Of a stretch of DNA of 64,000 nucleotides, positions 25,395 through 37,519 are shown one piece after another. The stretch comes from Mobula hypostoma. Its lineage: Eukaryota. The notes beneath the pieces were generated by a model, which was not told the DNA's origin, ran no database searches, and worked only from the letters and a program-made list of their open reading frames with translations. Every line of letters starts with the position of its first letter. The first letter of the stretch is position 1. The stretch is from contig NC_086097.1 of the NCBI RefSeq assembly GCF_963921235.1, forward strand, positions 177,260,001-177,324,000, written 5' to 3'. The position numbers and the translations under genes were made by a program.

Positions 25395-28300
25395 TGTCAT
25401 AACTTAGTCATTTCCTTCCTGGGTTACATCCTTTCACCCCAAGGCACAACCTTTGTTGAATGGTCCCGAACATGCTCCCTCAAACAGCTACAGTACTCCT
25501 TGAGCTTCTCCAACTTCTACCACCATTTCATTATAAACTACAGCCAAGCCACCGCACCTCTCACCTCCCTCACCAAGTCACCGACTTCACAGATAACCTG
25601 GTCTGCTGCCACTGCAACATCTGAACACCTGCACCTATTGTTGTCGAGGTGGACACATCTGAGATGGGCGCCGGGGCCATCCTTTCCCCATGAGGACCAG
25701 ACAGGAAGACACACTCTCGTGAGTTCTTCTCGCACAAGTTCAATTCTACACAGCGCCATTATGGATTAGGGGACAGGCAGCTACTATTAAATGAGCCTTG
25801 GAGGAATGGAGACATTAACTGATGAGGAAATACCAGGCCCTTCCTGATCTGGACTGATCAATAAAACCTTGTATCCATACAACAGACCCACCAGCTCAAC
25901 CCATGACAGGCTCGCTGGGCCCTCTTCTTCGAGGAATTCAGCTTCGCCATCCCCTATCGACACGGCCCAAGGAACACTAAGGTGGATGCCTTTTTAAGAC
26001 AGTTTGACCCAGCAGAAACGGAAATCGAACCTCAGCCCATCATTTCATCTTCATAGATCCTCATCCTGATCATCTGGGATCTTGAGAGCCAGATCTGTCG
26101 GGCCCTACAACACGCGCATGATCATCCGACCAACACACCTATCAGCTGCATGTATGCGTCAGGTGTCGTACACTCTGAGGCACTCCAGTGGGCCTGCTCC
26201 TTACCCCCTTCAAGCCATCCAGGCGCACGATGGACCCTGGATCTTCTGCAACAGGTTCGGGTGACCCGCCATGATTGCAGATGTATGGCAATTTATTGCT
26301 GCTTGCCTCAGTGTGCCCAGTCTAATTCCTCCAACCAGCAGCCTCTGGGCTCCTACGGCCCCTGCCAGTCCCTCAGTGCCCAAAGTCCCACAGGGCCATG
26401 GATTTCACCTGCTGATGGCTCCACGGTGATCATGATGGAGGTGGACTGGTTCTCCACTTCATTGTCATCCCCAAACTTCTTTTCTTTCTTTTTAAATATT
26501 TTATTAATTTTCCAAAATTATAAACAGAATAACAGTATTGATACAGAGAGACTGAAATTATCTTATTGTTGATAAACATGTACAAAAAAGACTTCAAATA
26601 ATACAGGTGTAATAGACTTCCAAACTCTTAATATAGTTAATCATAGAGAAAAAAGAAATAAAAAGAAAAAAATAATGCAAAGAAAACCCCCCAAAAAAAC
26701 AAAAAAAAACAAATACTAAACCCAAAAAGAAGGAAACGGAACAAAACAAGGCTAGACCAATATCTTAAATAGAATACATTCAATAATGTCATCAACTCCG
26801 CACTCCATTCATATATTTTAAGTTAATAAGAAGGATTCGGAAAAGGTCAAGTTACATCATATGAAAATGTTGAATAAATGGTTTCCAAGTCTTTTCAAAT
26901 TTAACCGAAGGATCAAAAATGTCACTTCTGATTTTTTCTAAATTTAAACATGATATAGTTTGGGAAAACCATTGGAATGTGGTAGGAAGATTGGTCTCCT
27001 TCCAGTTCAATCTTCTGGCCATTAAAGTAACAAATACGATCATCTGACAGGCTGAAGAGGATAAAGATCTATGTTCCGTCATTGGCAAACCAAAAATTGC
27101 CGTAATAGGATGGGAATGTAAATCAAAATGCAAAACTATTGAAATAATATCAAAAATATCTTTCTAGAATTTTTTCAAGAGAGGGCAGGACCAGAACATA
27201 TGAGTCAAGGAAGCCACCTCAGAGTGACATCTGTCACAAATAGGGTTTATATGGGAATAAAAACGAGCTAGTTTATCTTTAGACATATGGGCCCTATGCA
27301 CTACTTTAAATTGTATTAGTACTGTACATGTTTGGCACATATAGAGGAAGAGCTAACTAATTGAAAAGTTCTATCCCATCTCGCTATAGGTAGGCGAAGT
27401 TGAAGTTCTCTTTCCCATTCATTTTTAATTTTATCTGATATACCTGGCTGTAATTTCATAATTATATCATAAATAGTTGCTATTAATCCTTTCTGAAAGG
27501 GATTTAAACCTAAAATTTTATCAGTGATATCAGTAGGGTATGAAATTGGGAAGGTAGGCAGCATGGTATTTAAAAAGTTTCTTATTTGTAAATATCTAAA
27601 AAATGGGATCTGAGCAAATTATATTTATTAGATAGCTGTTCAAAAGACATGAAACAGTTATTCAGAAATAAGTCACAGAAACATGTTATACCCTTCATTT
27701 TCCATATCAAAAAGGCTTGATCCATAACCGAGGGTTGAAAAAAAATTAGATATAATAGGGCTTGATAATATAAATTTGTTCAAACCAAAAAATTTACGAA
27801 ATTGAAACCGTGTTCGTAATGTATGTTTGATTATTGGATTAACCATTTGTTTATTCAATTTAGATAATACAAAAGGAATCCTAAAATGGAAGCCAAAGAG
27901 AACCCTTGTACAGAGTAACCTTCAAGGTTTACCCATTGTGGACTTGGAATTATATTCCAATCTTGCGTCCAAAATATTAAATATCAAATATTAATTGCCC
28001 AATAATAGAATTTTAGATTCGGCAATGCTAAACCACCATCTTTCTTGGACTTCTGTAAATATTTTTTACTTAACCTGAGATTTTTATTCTGCCATATATA
28101 GGAGGAAATTTTAGGATCAATATCCCCAAACTTCCATCAGCTGCTGAGATGGCAGACCTGGTTCTCCAATATGCAGTTTGCCTCCAGGACATTGTGTTGG
28201 ACCGGGGCCCACAATTTGTTTCCCGCTTCTGGTGAGCCTTCTGTTCCCTCCTCCACACTTCAGTGAGCTTGTCCTCTGGCTATCATCCACAGAGCAACAG

Positions 28301-29606
28301 TCAGTCAGAAAGTGGAGAAGCTCACTGCCTATAAACCTCGTTCTGAGCCTCAGTTCACAATGTTTACTCCACTATGTGCTGAACTTTCACTGAGGCCGGG
28401 CCTGGGGCCTGCTCTGGCTGCTCTGGGGTTCATGCCTGTGGACTCACTTTTGCTCTAAATGCTACTTGCTTACTTTTACCGTTTGCATGACGCGTTATTT
28501 CTCTCTGTGTTGCTCTTTTTTAATGGGCTGTTTGTGTTTCTTTGTTTAGTGGCTGCCTGTAAGGAGGCAACTCTCAAGTGTGCATACATACTTTGATAAT
28601 AAATGTACTTTGAACTTTGAGCTTCTACATGGAAGAAGTCTCTGAGTCTGGGCCGAACAGTCCCACAATCTGCACATGTCCACTGCCACACGTATGTCAC
28701 CGTTTGAAGGGCTTCATGGTTACCAATCCCCATTGTTCCCTGCAGAGGAGCCAACAGTGGAGGTCCTGTACACCAGGATTCTGGTTTACCACTGCCAGAA
28801 TGCTTTGAAGAGAGAACAAAAGGCCATCCAACCTGCTAACCGCGCCTACAGCTGCCAGGCCTACTGTCAGCACCACAATACTCTTAGCCAGGGGACTCTG
28901 TATGGTGGTCCACCCAAATATGCCCCTGCACACCAACTCCCTCAAGCTCTCGCCCCAATTCATCAGTTTCTTCAAGATCTGCAATTGCATCAACCTAGTC
29001 ACTTACCATCTCCAGCTGGCACCATCCCTCAGGATCACACCTTAACCCCCATGAGTCCTGCCTCAAGCACGTTGTCCATGGGCCACTCATCCCACCAGAG
29101 CTTGCACCTCCAGACCCTAGGATGGTGGAAGGTGCTCCAGTGTACACATTTCGTGAATTCACATCATCATGGATGGTCTGTGCAGTACCTGTTCGACTGG
29201 GAAAGGTACGGCTTGAAGGAGAGGTCTTGGGTGCTGTCCAGTTTCATCTTGAGCTGTTGCTCACGGAGTTCCACCAGAACCATTCAGATTGCCCTGGGCC
29301 ATTAGCTCCATCCTGTAGGAGGGTGAGTATTTCAGGCCTGCGCATGCAGGCACCTCCCAGTCTCCACCCAGCTGACAGGAGTCACCTGCCACTTGTTTCC
29401 AGCTCATCACCTCTCATCCACAGTCTTTGTTCATTCATTGAACCTACCATCTGCTCCCAGCCTTCAGTTACCTTGTCATGTTAAGTATCCATTCGCTCTG
29501 TTTTTTTTGGCCTCTCATGGCTTGTTATTTCACAGTTTATTATTAAAGTGTTTAATTGTCTTTGCTGCTCTGGGTTTGGGTCAAGCCTCCTCTACGTTTC
29601 CTGACA
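25395..29606 (+). mobile_element. Internally deleted Ty3/Gypsy chromovirus (sushi-like) LTR retrotransposon
   Basis: TGTCA..TGACA termini. SFLGYIL; RNase H VEVDTS, ALEEWRH, IWTD, QARWALFF; integrase remnants; chromodomain VQYLFDWERYGLKERSWV (about 29180-29235); PPT-like tract near 29317 then an LTR-like 3' end. Confidence 0.85.
26480..28121 (-). mobile_element. 5'-truncated L1 inserted in the Gypsy integrase
   Basis: 13-bp TSD ATCCCCAAACTTC (26467-26479, 28122-28134); A-rich tail; CLNLEKIRS..FEKTWKPFIQHF. Confidence 0.92.
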
Positions 29607-30278
29607 GATCCAAAATGGTTGGTTGCCTCTGGTTCTTGTGCATGTTGAGGGCTCAGATTGAAGATTCAGAACTAATCCCATAAGAAATTGAAGAACCAAA
29701 TGGCCTTGGGCAGTGGAATAAATATGAAATTTATTTACATTGCTGCAAGCATTTTCTGCAATCAGTGAAGGGTTTTGAGTGGCGTGGCGGAACAAAGGAA
29801 TCTTGGAGTATATGAGCATTTTGTGAAGGCATTAGACAGGTCAACTAAGCTGACTGAAGGAGAATATGAGTGCTTGCTCCCAGGCACAGAATATAAGAGC
29901 TGAGAGGTTAGGCTGGAATGTATACATCATAGACTAAGCACAGCTTATAGTTCTGGTCAACATCAGTCAGGGCACGAGTACAGAAGTTAGGATGTTATGT
30001 TGCAGTTATATAAGACGTAGGTGAGACCACACTTTGAAGTATCATGCACAGTTTTAATCACCCTGTTCCATATAACATATTTCCATAAGAAATATGTTAT
30101 TAAACTAGGCTGAGCGCAGAAAAGATTTACCAGGATATCGTTTGGACTTGAGGGCCTGAATTATAAGGAGAGGTTGTGTAGACTATGACTTTATGCTCTG
30201 AAGTGTATGGGATCAAGGGATGACCTGATAGAGGAATATAAGATATTGAGGGGTTCAGGCAGGTTGAAAGCATATAGT

Positions 30279-30444
30279 ACACAAACACGAGGAAATCTGC
30301 AGATGCTGGAATTTCAAGCAGCACACACCTTTGTCGGGACTGGTGTCCTGACGAAGGATCTCGGCCCGAAACGTCGACTGTACCTCTTCCTATAGATGCT
30401 ACCTAGCCTGCTGTGTTCACCCCAGCATTTTTTGTGTGTGTTGC
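30279..30444. mobile_element. 166-bp miniature Penelope derivative with inverted 5' end
   Basis: 15-bp direct repeat TTGAAAGCATATAGT (30264-30278, 30445-30459); inner palindrome 30328-30357. Confidence 0.88.
30345..30378 (+). ncRNA. Minimal type I hammerhead ribozyme motif, core intact
   Basis: GTC-CTGACGA-A-GGATCTCGGCCC-GAAA-CGTC-GAC; GUC cleavage triplet at 30373-30375. Confidence 0.72.
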
Positions 30445-31045
30445 TTGAAAGCATATAGTCTTTTTTTCCCAGGGAGGGGATGCTGAAACCAAGATGGCAT
30501 AGGTTGAAAATTAGAGGCAAGAGATTTAAAAGGGGCATCAGGGGCACATAAAGGTTGGTACGTATTTGGAATGAGCTGCAGAACTAGTGATTGAGGCAGA
30601 CACATCAACAACATTTAAAAGTCATTGAGATAACTACATGGATAGGAGAGGTTTAAAGGGCTACGGGCCAAACTCAGGTAGATGAGACTACTTCACTGAG
30701 CAACAATTTGGGCCAAAGGGCCGTCTTTCCGTAGGTTCTCAGAGTTACAGAGTTTGACAGCATGGAACCAGTCCTGTTGGCCCAATTTGTCCATGCTGAC
30801 CAAGGTTTCTAACTATTATAGTCCCATTTGCCCACGTTTGGCCCATGTTACACTCAATTATTCCTCTCTAAATACCTGTTCAAATGTATTTTAAATGTTG
30901 TTATTGTATCTGCTTCAATCACTTCATCTGCACTTCATTCCATATACCCACCAACCGCTGGGTGAAAAAAGTTGCCCTCAGGTCCCTTTTAAACATCTCC
31001 CCTCCTGCTACAAACCTATGTGCTTTAGTTTTGGATTCCTCAATC

Positions 31046-31560
31046 CTAGGAAGGTACTCAGGATAGCTGGCGTTTACAGGATTCCCTGTGAATATGAAGC
31101 AGCATTTATCACTCAGACACAGGTGGAAACCCGCAGCAAGGAGCACAGGAGGTGTATCCTTTGGTGTTACCCAGATAAATCGGTGGGAGCAGAACACTGC
31201 ATTCACAACAGCCATGGGACTGACTTTAGTAGCACAAAACTACTGTGACACGCCAATGGCTTTTGGGACTGCCTGGTGAAGGAAACCATTAAAATAAAGC
31301 TAGAGAAAAGAATTTTAACAAAGTTGAAGGTCTCGTTCCAAGTAAGAACTGGAATTAGATTGTAAGGAAGGTGAGACAGCGGAATCCAAATTCAATGAGG
31401 ACTAACCAATCAGGAGGGATAGATGATGGGGGTATAAATACCGCGGGACTAAACATGTCTTGCTATCATCCATGATCAAGATGGCAGAGCTTGTCATAAA
31501 ACTTTGGTTAAAGTCGTAACCTGTACCTGGCTGGAAGCCTGAGCAGAGTTTATTCATGCA
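31046..31560 (+). mobile_element. Second Penelope-like family (Poseidon-type), GIY-YIG end and pseudo-LTR
   Basis: AGVYRIPCE..KEHRRC..AEHCIHN; KETIKIKLEK; CCAATC and TATAAAT motifs. Homologous to 47845-48310. Confidence 0.8.
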
Positions 31561-32237
31561 TTATTTGTATTTTTGAATCTCTGCCACTGTTTCTATTCTA
31601 TATATGATCCCCTCTCTGCTACCACAACCTCCCTGTCCACCCTCTCCCCATTGTGGTTATCCACAATGCTTCCCCTTAAAAACATCTTCCTCGCTCACTT
31701 TGACCCCTCACTGTGAAAGCAACTATCAGGCATTAACCTCTACTAGCCAACATCTCCTGATCGGTGTTGCATTTACCCCCGTCCGTCCTGTATTTATGTC
31801 CCCCTCACCATTAAATTCTACCCCATCAATCCCCTCCACAATTTTAAAAGCCTCCATCGACCATTTGTTTTTCTGGATAAGAGTTCATCCTCGATAACCT
31901 GCCTCTCTGCTGTGTGTTTATTTGTTCCTCTCACTGTTCATTTTGTGGTTGAGTGTTCTGCACAGTTAATCCATTGTCTGGTTTGCTAAATACCTTGTCC
32001 TGTTCATTTGGGTCGGATTTCTTATCTCACTGAACATTGCCTTTGTGAGTCCAGCATCCTTATCTTCGGCTACACATTAATCTCTTCAGCTTTCACAGTG
32101 TGTAATTGAATGGTCTGCTTGCCTGTACACTGATCAATTGTGCATGGCTTTAGCCAGAGGAATCGCTGTTGGGGGAAGGGGAAATCTGTTAGCCTCACAG
32201 TTAACAGGAGTGTAAACTACATCAATCAGATATTTCT

Positions 32238-32345
32238 CGTCCCATTTGTGGAAGTGTCTGCACCGTGGCCTCGTCAACCACCTCAGGGCCTACAGAACCA
32301 GAGTGTAAGCAAATCATTCTTCAACTGAGGAATTTTCTATTAAAG
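32238..32345 (+). mobile_element. Ancient RTE 3' remnant
   Basis: PICGSVC..GLVNHLRAYRT, a decayed C-terminal C2H2 motif of RTE LINEs. Confidence 0.5.
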
Positions 32346-32655
32346 AGAGTAGGGAGGAAGTAGCTGCCCTTCCAGGGCAGAGTGGGAAGGCGGCGAATTC
32401 TGTCAAGTTCAACATCTTAATGAAGAGAGCTTCTGAGTTTCAGGCAAGATTGAGTGGACACAGGGCATTTTCCAGTCCTTAATGAGAATTTTATTGTTTA
32501 CAACAACAATTGGCTTTAATGTGGCACCTGTTTCATAGTCAATGCGCACAGGAGCTTGGTAATTGTCACATGTACTGAGATGCAATGAAAAGCTTTGCTT
32601 GGGTGTCATTGAAACAGACCGTTCCATGTTAATTACATCAAGGGAGTACAGCAGG

Positions 32656-32769
32656 GAAACAATAATAGAATGCAGAATATAGTGTTACTGTACAGAGAAA
32701 CAATAATAGAATGCAGAATATAGTGTTACTGTACAGAGAAACAATAATAGAATGCAGAATACAGAGAAA
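32656..32769. repeat. 41-bp tandem repeat, about 2.7 copies
   Basis: GAAACAATAATAGAATGCAGAATATAGTGTTACTGTACAGA starting at 32656, 32697 and 32738. Confidence 0.95.
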
Positions 32770-32805
32770 GTGCAGTGCAGATAGCAGAGAGCTCATGGAC
32801 CCTAT

Positions 32806-32962
32806 GCAGATCTCCCCCTCCCCCTCCCACTTCCAAATCTCTTACTAGCTCTTCCTTCAGTTAGTCCTGACGAAGAGTCTTGGCCCGATACGTCGACTGT
32901 ACCTCTTCCTAGAGATGCTGCCTGGCCTGCTGCGTTCACCAGCAACTTTGATGTGTGTTGCT
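32806..32962 (+). mobile_element. Penelope-like terminal fragment with mutated hammerhead (GAAA to GATA)
   Basis: AGTCCTGACGAAGAGTCTTGGCCCGATACGTCGACT at 32863-32898. Confidence 0.8.
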
Positions 32963-34750
32963 TATAGAGGAGGAGGTGTTTCCTGTCTTGAGGCAAATTA
33001 CGGTGGGCAAATCCCCAGGGCCTGACAAGGTGTTCCCTCAGACCTTGTGGGAGGCTAATGTAGAAATTTCAGGGGCCCGAGCAGAGATACTTAAAGCACC
33101 CTTAACCACGGGTGAGGTGCCGGAGGACTGGAGGATAGCTAATATTGTTCTATTGTCTAAAAAGGCTCTAAAAATAAACCAGGAAATCATAGGTCACTGA
33201 GGCTGACAATTAGTAGTGGGAAAGTTATTGGAAGGTATTCCAAGGGACCAGATGTACAACTATTTGGATAGACAAGGACTGATTAGGGATAGTCAAGCAA
33301 CACATACAAAATGCTGGAGGAACTCAGCAGGCCAGGCAGCATCCCAATGAAAGGTCTCGGCCTGAATCATTGACTGTACTTTTTTTCCATAGATGCTGAT
33401 TGCAAATTAGACTACACATTGGCAATGTGGGAGAAGCCAGAAAGAGTGGTAGTAGATAGTTGTCTCTTTGACTGGAGGTGACTAGTGGTGTGTCACAGGG
33501 ATTGGTGCTGTGTCCGTTGTCATTTGTCATCTATGTCAACGATCTCAGTGCTAATTTGGTTAACTGGATATGCAAATTTGTAGATGACAGCAAGATTGGA
33601 GCAGTAGTAAGGAAAACTTTCAAATCTTGCAGCCGAATCTGGACCATCTAGAAAAATGGGCTAAGAAATGGCAGATGGAATTTCATGCAGACAAATGTGA
33701 GGTGTTGCACTTTGGGAGGACCAACCAGGGTAGGTCTTACATGGTGAGCAGTCGGGCACTGAGGAGTAGGTAGAACAGAGGGATCTGGGAATACAGATCC
33801 ATAATTCCTTGAAAGTGACATCACAGGTAGATAGGATCAGAAAGAAAGCCTTTGGCACATTGGCCTCCATAAATCAATGTATTGAGTACAGGAGTTGGGC
33901 TGTTCTGTTGAAATTGTATAAGACTATAGTGAGGCAATTCAGGCACCTACCTTCAGGAAAGATGTAAATAAGATTGAAGGAGGACAGAAAAAATTTACAA
34001 GGATGTTGCTGGGATTTGAAGACCTAAGTAAAAGAGATAGGTTGAATAGGTTAGAAAGTAGAAGATTCAGAGGAGATTTGATAGAAGTATACAAGATTAT
34101 GAGTGCTATAGATAGCGATAGGGAGATCAAGAGTTCAGTTTTAGTATACTGTATGAAAAGTCTGTTTAAGAGTCTTACAACAGTGCGATAGAAGTTATCC
34201 TTGGCTATTGGTACCTGCTATTAAGTTTTTGTAACTTCTGCACAAGTCTGGTGAAGAGAAAATGTCCGGGGTGGGAGGGGTATGTTATTACTTTCCCAAG
34301 GTAGCGAGGTGTGGATAGAGTTATTAGAGGAGAGACAGAAGGAGAAGTTTGAATAGTTTAGAACTTTATACCCTGGAGCTCCAGGAGAATGAGAGGAGAT
34401 CCTATAGAAGTATGCAACATTCTGAGGAGTATAGACAGGGTGAACACATGCAGGTTTTTCTTTCTCTCAGGCTGGATGAGACTAGATCTAGAGTTCAGAG
34501 GTTTAGGCTGAAAGGTGAAATATTTAAGGGAGATCTGAGGGAAACTTCTTGGCTCAGAAGGTGATGCAAGTGTGGAACGAGCTGCCAGCAGAAGTGGTAG
34601 TTGTGGAGATTGTAACATTTAGGAGAATTTTGGATAGGGGGGGTTTGGAGAGATATGGTCCAGGTGCGGGTGGATGGGACTAAGCAGAAGAACAGTTTGG
34701 CATCGACTAGATGCGCTGAAGGGCTGTTCCTTTGCTGTAGTGCTCTACAC
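32963..34750 (+). mobile_element. Fragmented CR1 ORF2 pieces, with a mini Penelope insert at about 33295-33398
   Basis: KSPGPDKVFP..VPEDWRIANIV, VTSGVSQG, KFVDD, RRFRGDLIEVYKIM. Confidence 0.8.
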
Positions 34751-35662
34751 CTCTGTGACAACAGGTTGGAACCTGGAGCAACATACAAGATATTGAAAGA
34801 ACTGTTCTGCCCAAGTCTAAGAAATTGCAAATAGTTGTAAATGCAAACCCAGTTCATCATGCAAACCAACATACCCACCATTGACCTTGTCTTCATGTCC
34901 TACCACCTCAGAAAAGCAGCCAGCATAATCACAGAGCCTTCCCACCCCAGCCATTGTTCTTGCTTGCACCCTCCAGCAGATCTCTTTGACCCTCACCGTA
35001 CCCTCTTCCCGCCTCACTCCATCTGCTTACATTAATTTTCTCTATGTCTGTCTTCCTCGAACTCACACCTGCCACAGTCTCCCAATTCTGCTCCCCTCCC
35101 CTCCTCTACCCAGTGCAACCTGCCCATCATCTTTCCCCCCTCCTCTATCCTCCAATCACTTCATGCTCCTTCCTGTCTTACCACTCCTCACCTCCTCTTT
35201 CATACAGCCATCACCCCTCCGTCTATCATCCACATACCACAATCTTCCATCTCCACCAATCACCTCTGAATCCTTTCTCACCACTCTCCTTCTCTTCTTT
35301 CTATCACCTATCTCCCCTCTCCACTCTTAGTCCTGTTACAGGGTTGCAACCTGAAGCATCAACAGTTTCTTTCCCCCTACAGATGTGGCCTGACCTGCTG
35401 AGTTTTCTCAGCCAATTGTTTGCTCATCCAGATTCCAACATCTGCAGTCTCTCGTGTCTCCAATTTAACGACAGTGCCATTGCACCCAACCTAAGATTCC
35501 TTACTTTCTTCTCTCTTGTCATTTGCTTTTCTTCCCAACAGCCACCTCCTTCCCTCCTATCATCTGCTTACTCAGCAGCTTTGGACTAAGTTAGAATTAC
35601 TTTTTTTAAAATTCAATTTAACCCAACCCAGTATTTGTGGCTGTATTTGTCCCTGTTGTTAG

Positions 35663-35743
35663 AGGTACAGAGGTGGTGTCTGTGGAGAAATTTCAACACA
35701 CAGAGGGGTTTTTACAGTTCTGGTATCTGTGGATGGAACTCAT
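35663..35743 (+). other. Candidate 81-nt exon of an unidentified host gene
   Basis: TTTGTCCCTGTTGTTAG acceptor and CAT|GTGAGT donor; length divisible by 3; all three frames open; lies in non-repeat sequence. Confidence 0.3.
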
Positions 35744-37519
35744 GTGAGTCCCAAGTAGCAATATCCTGAAAATGACTTCACCAAGAACATATGTTTAAAG
35801 TTGGCTCAGTGGTAGTCTGTGAGGATGGAGTGTACAATTAGAAGGGCAATTTTAGAAAATAAGTGGCTCCAGGCACTGCCTGAGTAAATGCTGAGAAAAT
35901 AATTTTAAAGAAAGCTATCTTAATAGACAAATCAGAGTGTCATGTTGGTGTACTAGTTAATGCTGCTGCTCCCAGTTCACAATTCAAAGTTAAGTTTATT
36001 GTCATACGTACAAGTACAAGTATGCTCAGGTACAAAGAGAACTCACTTTCTGCAATCATCATAAGCATATAACTTCATATAAGCAACCTTCTCAAGTAAA
36101 ACATAAATTATACAGAATTCTTATGGGAAGGAACACAATTAGAGCAAGAAGGATCTATTTTAGTGCAATGTGGTCAAAGTGATCATAGTGTTGCTAAATT
36201 GTAGGGATTGTGCCGACTGGTTGAAGAACAGAATGGTTGAAGTGAAGTAACTTCTTGAATGTGCTGCTGTGGGATTTCAGGCATCTGTACCTCCTGCCTG
36301 ATGGTAGCTGTGAGAAAATAGCATAGAATCTAGTGACCCAGTTTCAGTTATGACCTCAGTACTGTTTGTGTGGTGTTTGCACATTCTCCATGTGGGTTTC
36401 TTCCCACATCCCGTTGATTAACTTGGTGGTTTAAACTTCCCTAAGTGTAAGTGGGTGATCAGAGAGTTGATGGAAATTGGAAATGAAATGGGAATAAGTT
36501 TACTACTGTTACATGTACTGAGTTACAGTGAAAAACTTTTGTTTAGGTCTCATCCAGACAGATTATAACATATGTAAGTACACTAAGATAGTACGAAGAA
36601 AACAAATGCAGAATATAGTGTTCCAGTTACAGGGAAAGTGCAGTACACGTAGACAAATAAAGTGCAAAGCCACAACAAGGTAGATTAGGAGATCAAGAGA
36701 TCATTGACTGCTGTTTCAGTTAGAGGCATATAAGAAGATGGCTCACGGAGAGGGGGTCAGTTTATTCAGCATCACTTGCAGGTTGATCTGGTAATAAAGA
36801 AGCCAAATACAATGTTGGCATTCATTTCAAGAGGACTAGAATATAAAAGCAGAACATACCGCCATGGCTTTATAAGACATTGATCAGTCCACGTTTGGAA
36901 CGTTGTGAGCAATTTTGAGCTCCGTATCTAAGGAAGGAAGTGCTGGCCTTGAAGAGGGCCCAGCGGAGGTTCACAGGAATGATCCTAAGAATGAAAGGCT
37001 TAATATATGAGGTGTTTGATGTCTCTGTGTCCGTACTCAATGTAGTTCAAGGTGATGAGGGGGAATCTCACTAAGAGGCCTGGATAGGGTGGATGTAGAG
37101 AGGATGTTTCCATTAGCAAGGTTCAGAATAAAGGGACCGTTTATATCTGAAATCTGAAATAGAAAAGATTAGGAACTTTCAGGAGGTCAGACAGTGGCCG
37201 AGGAAAAATGGTGTCAAAATTGCAAGTTAAATACCCTTCATCAGAACTGAAGAAGAGAGAGAACTGGTTAGTTTAAATTTGTAGAGAGGTTGGGAGGGAG
37301 ATGGATAAGATAAGAGCGTTGCCTCTCATTGGCTGAAGCAAAGACTTCATAGGCTGAACAAAGCACCTGTTCTTGTGCTGTACACTTCTCTGTTCTATGA
37401 TATATAATTATCAGCAATTTATAAACTGTTGATAAATTTAATTTATAAATTGTTGATAAATTATAGATAGAAAATAGAATTGTACAGCTTAAGAACAGGT
37501 GCTTTAGCCTACATCATTG

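Larger units (their letters stand above)
29790..30735 (+). mobile_element. Old CR1 3' fragments
   Basis: RDDLIEEYKILRG and CR1 3' UTR; interrupted at 30279-30444. Confidence 0.75.

Noticed and set aside
28676..29305. 209-aa ORF as a domesticated RTL/PEG10-like gene
   Set aside because: A mosaic of in-frame and out-of-frame Gypsy integrase/chromodomain sequence, surrounded by stops and frameshifts.
32656..32769. Regular repeats as a CRISPR-like array
   Set aside because: Head-to-tail units with no unique spacers, inside a LINE tail, in a eukaryotic context with no cas genes.
34986..35589. 114-aa and 181-aa ORFs as host genes
   Set aside because: Pyrimidine-rich, low-complexity, decayed Penelope-type sequence that lacks stops by composition.
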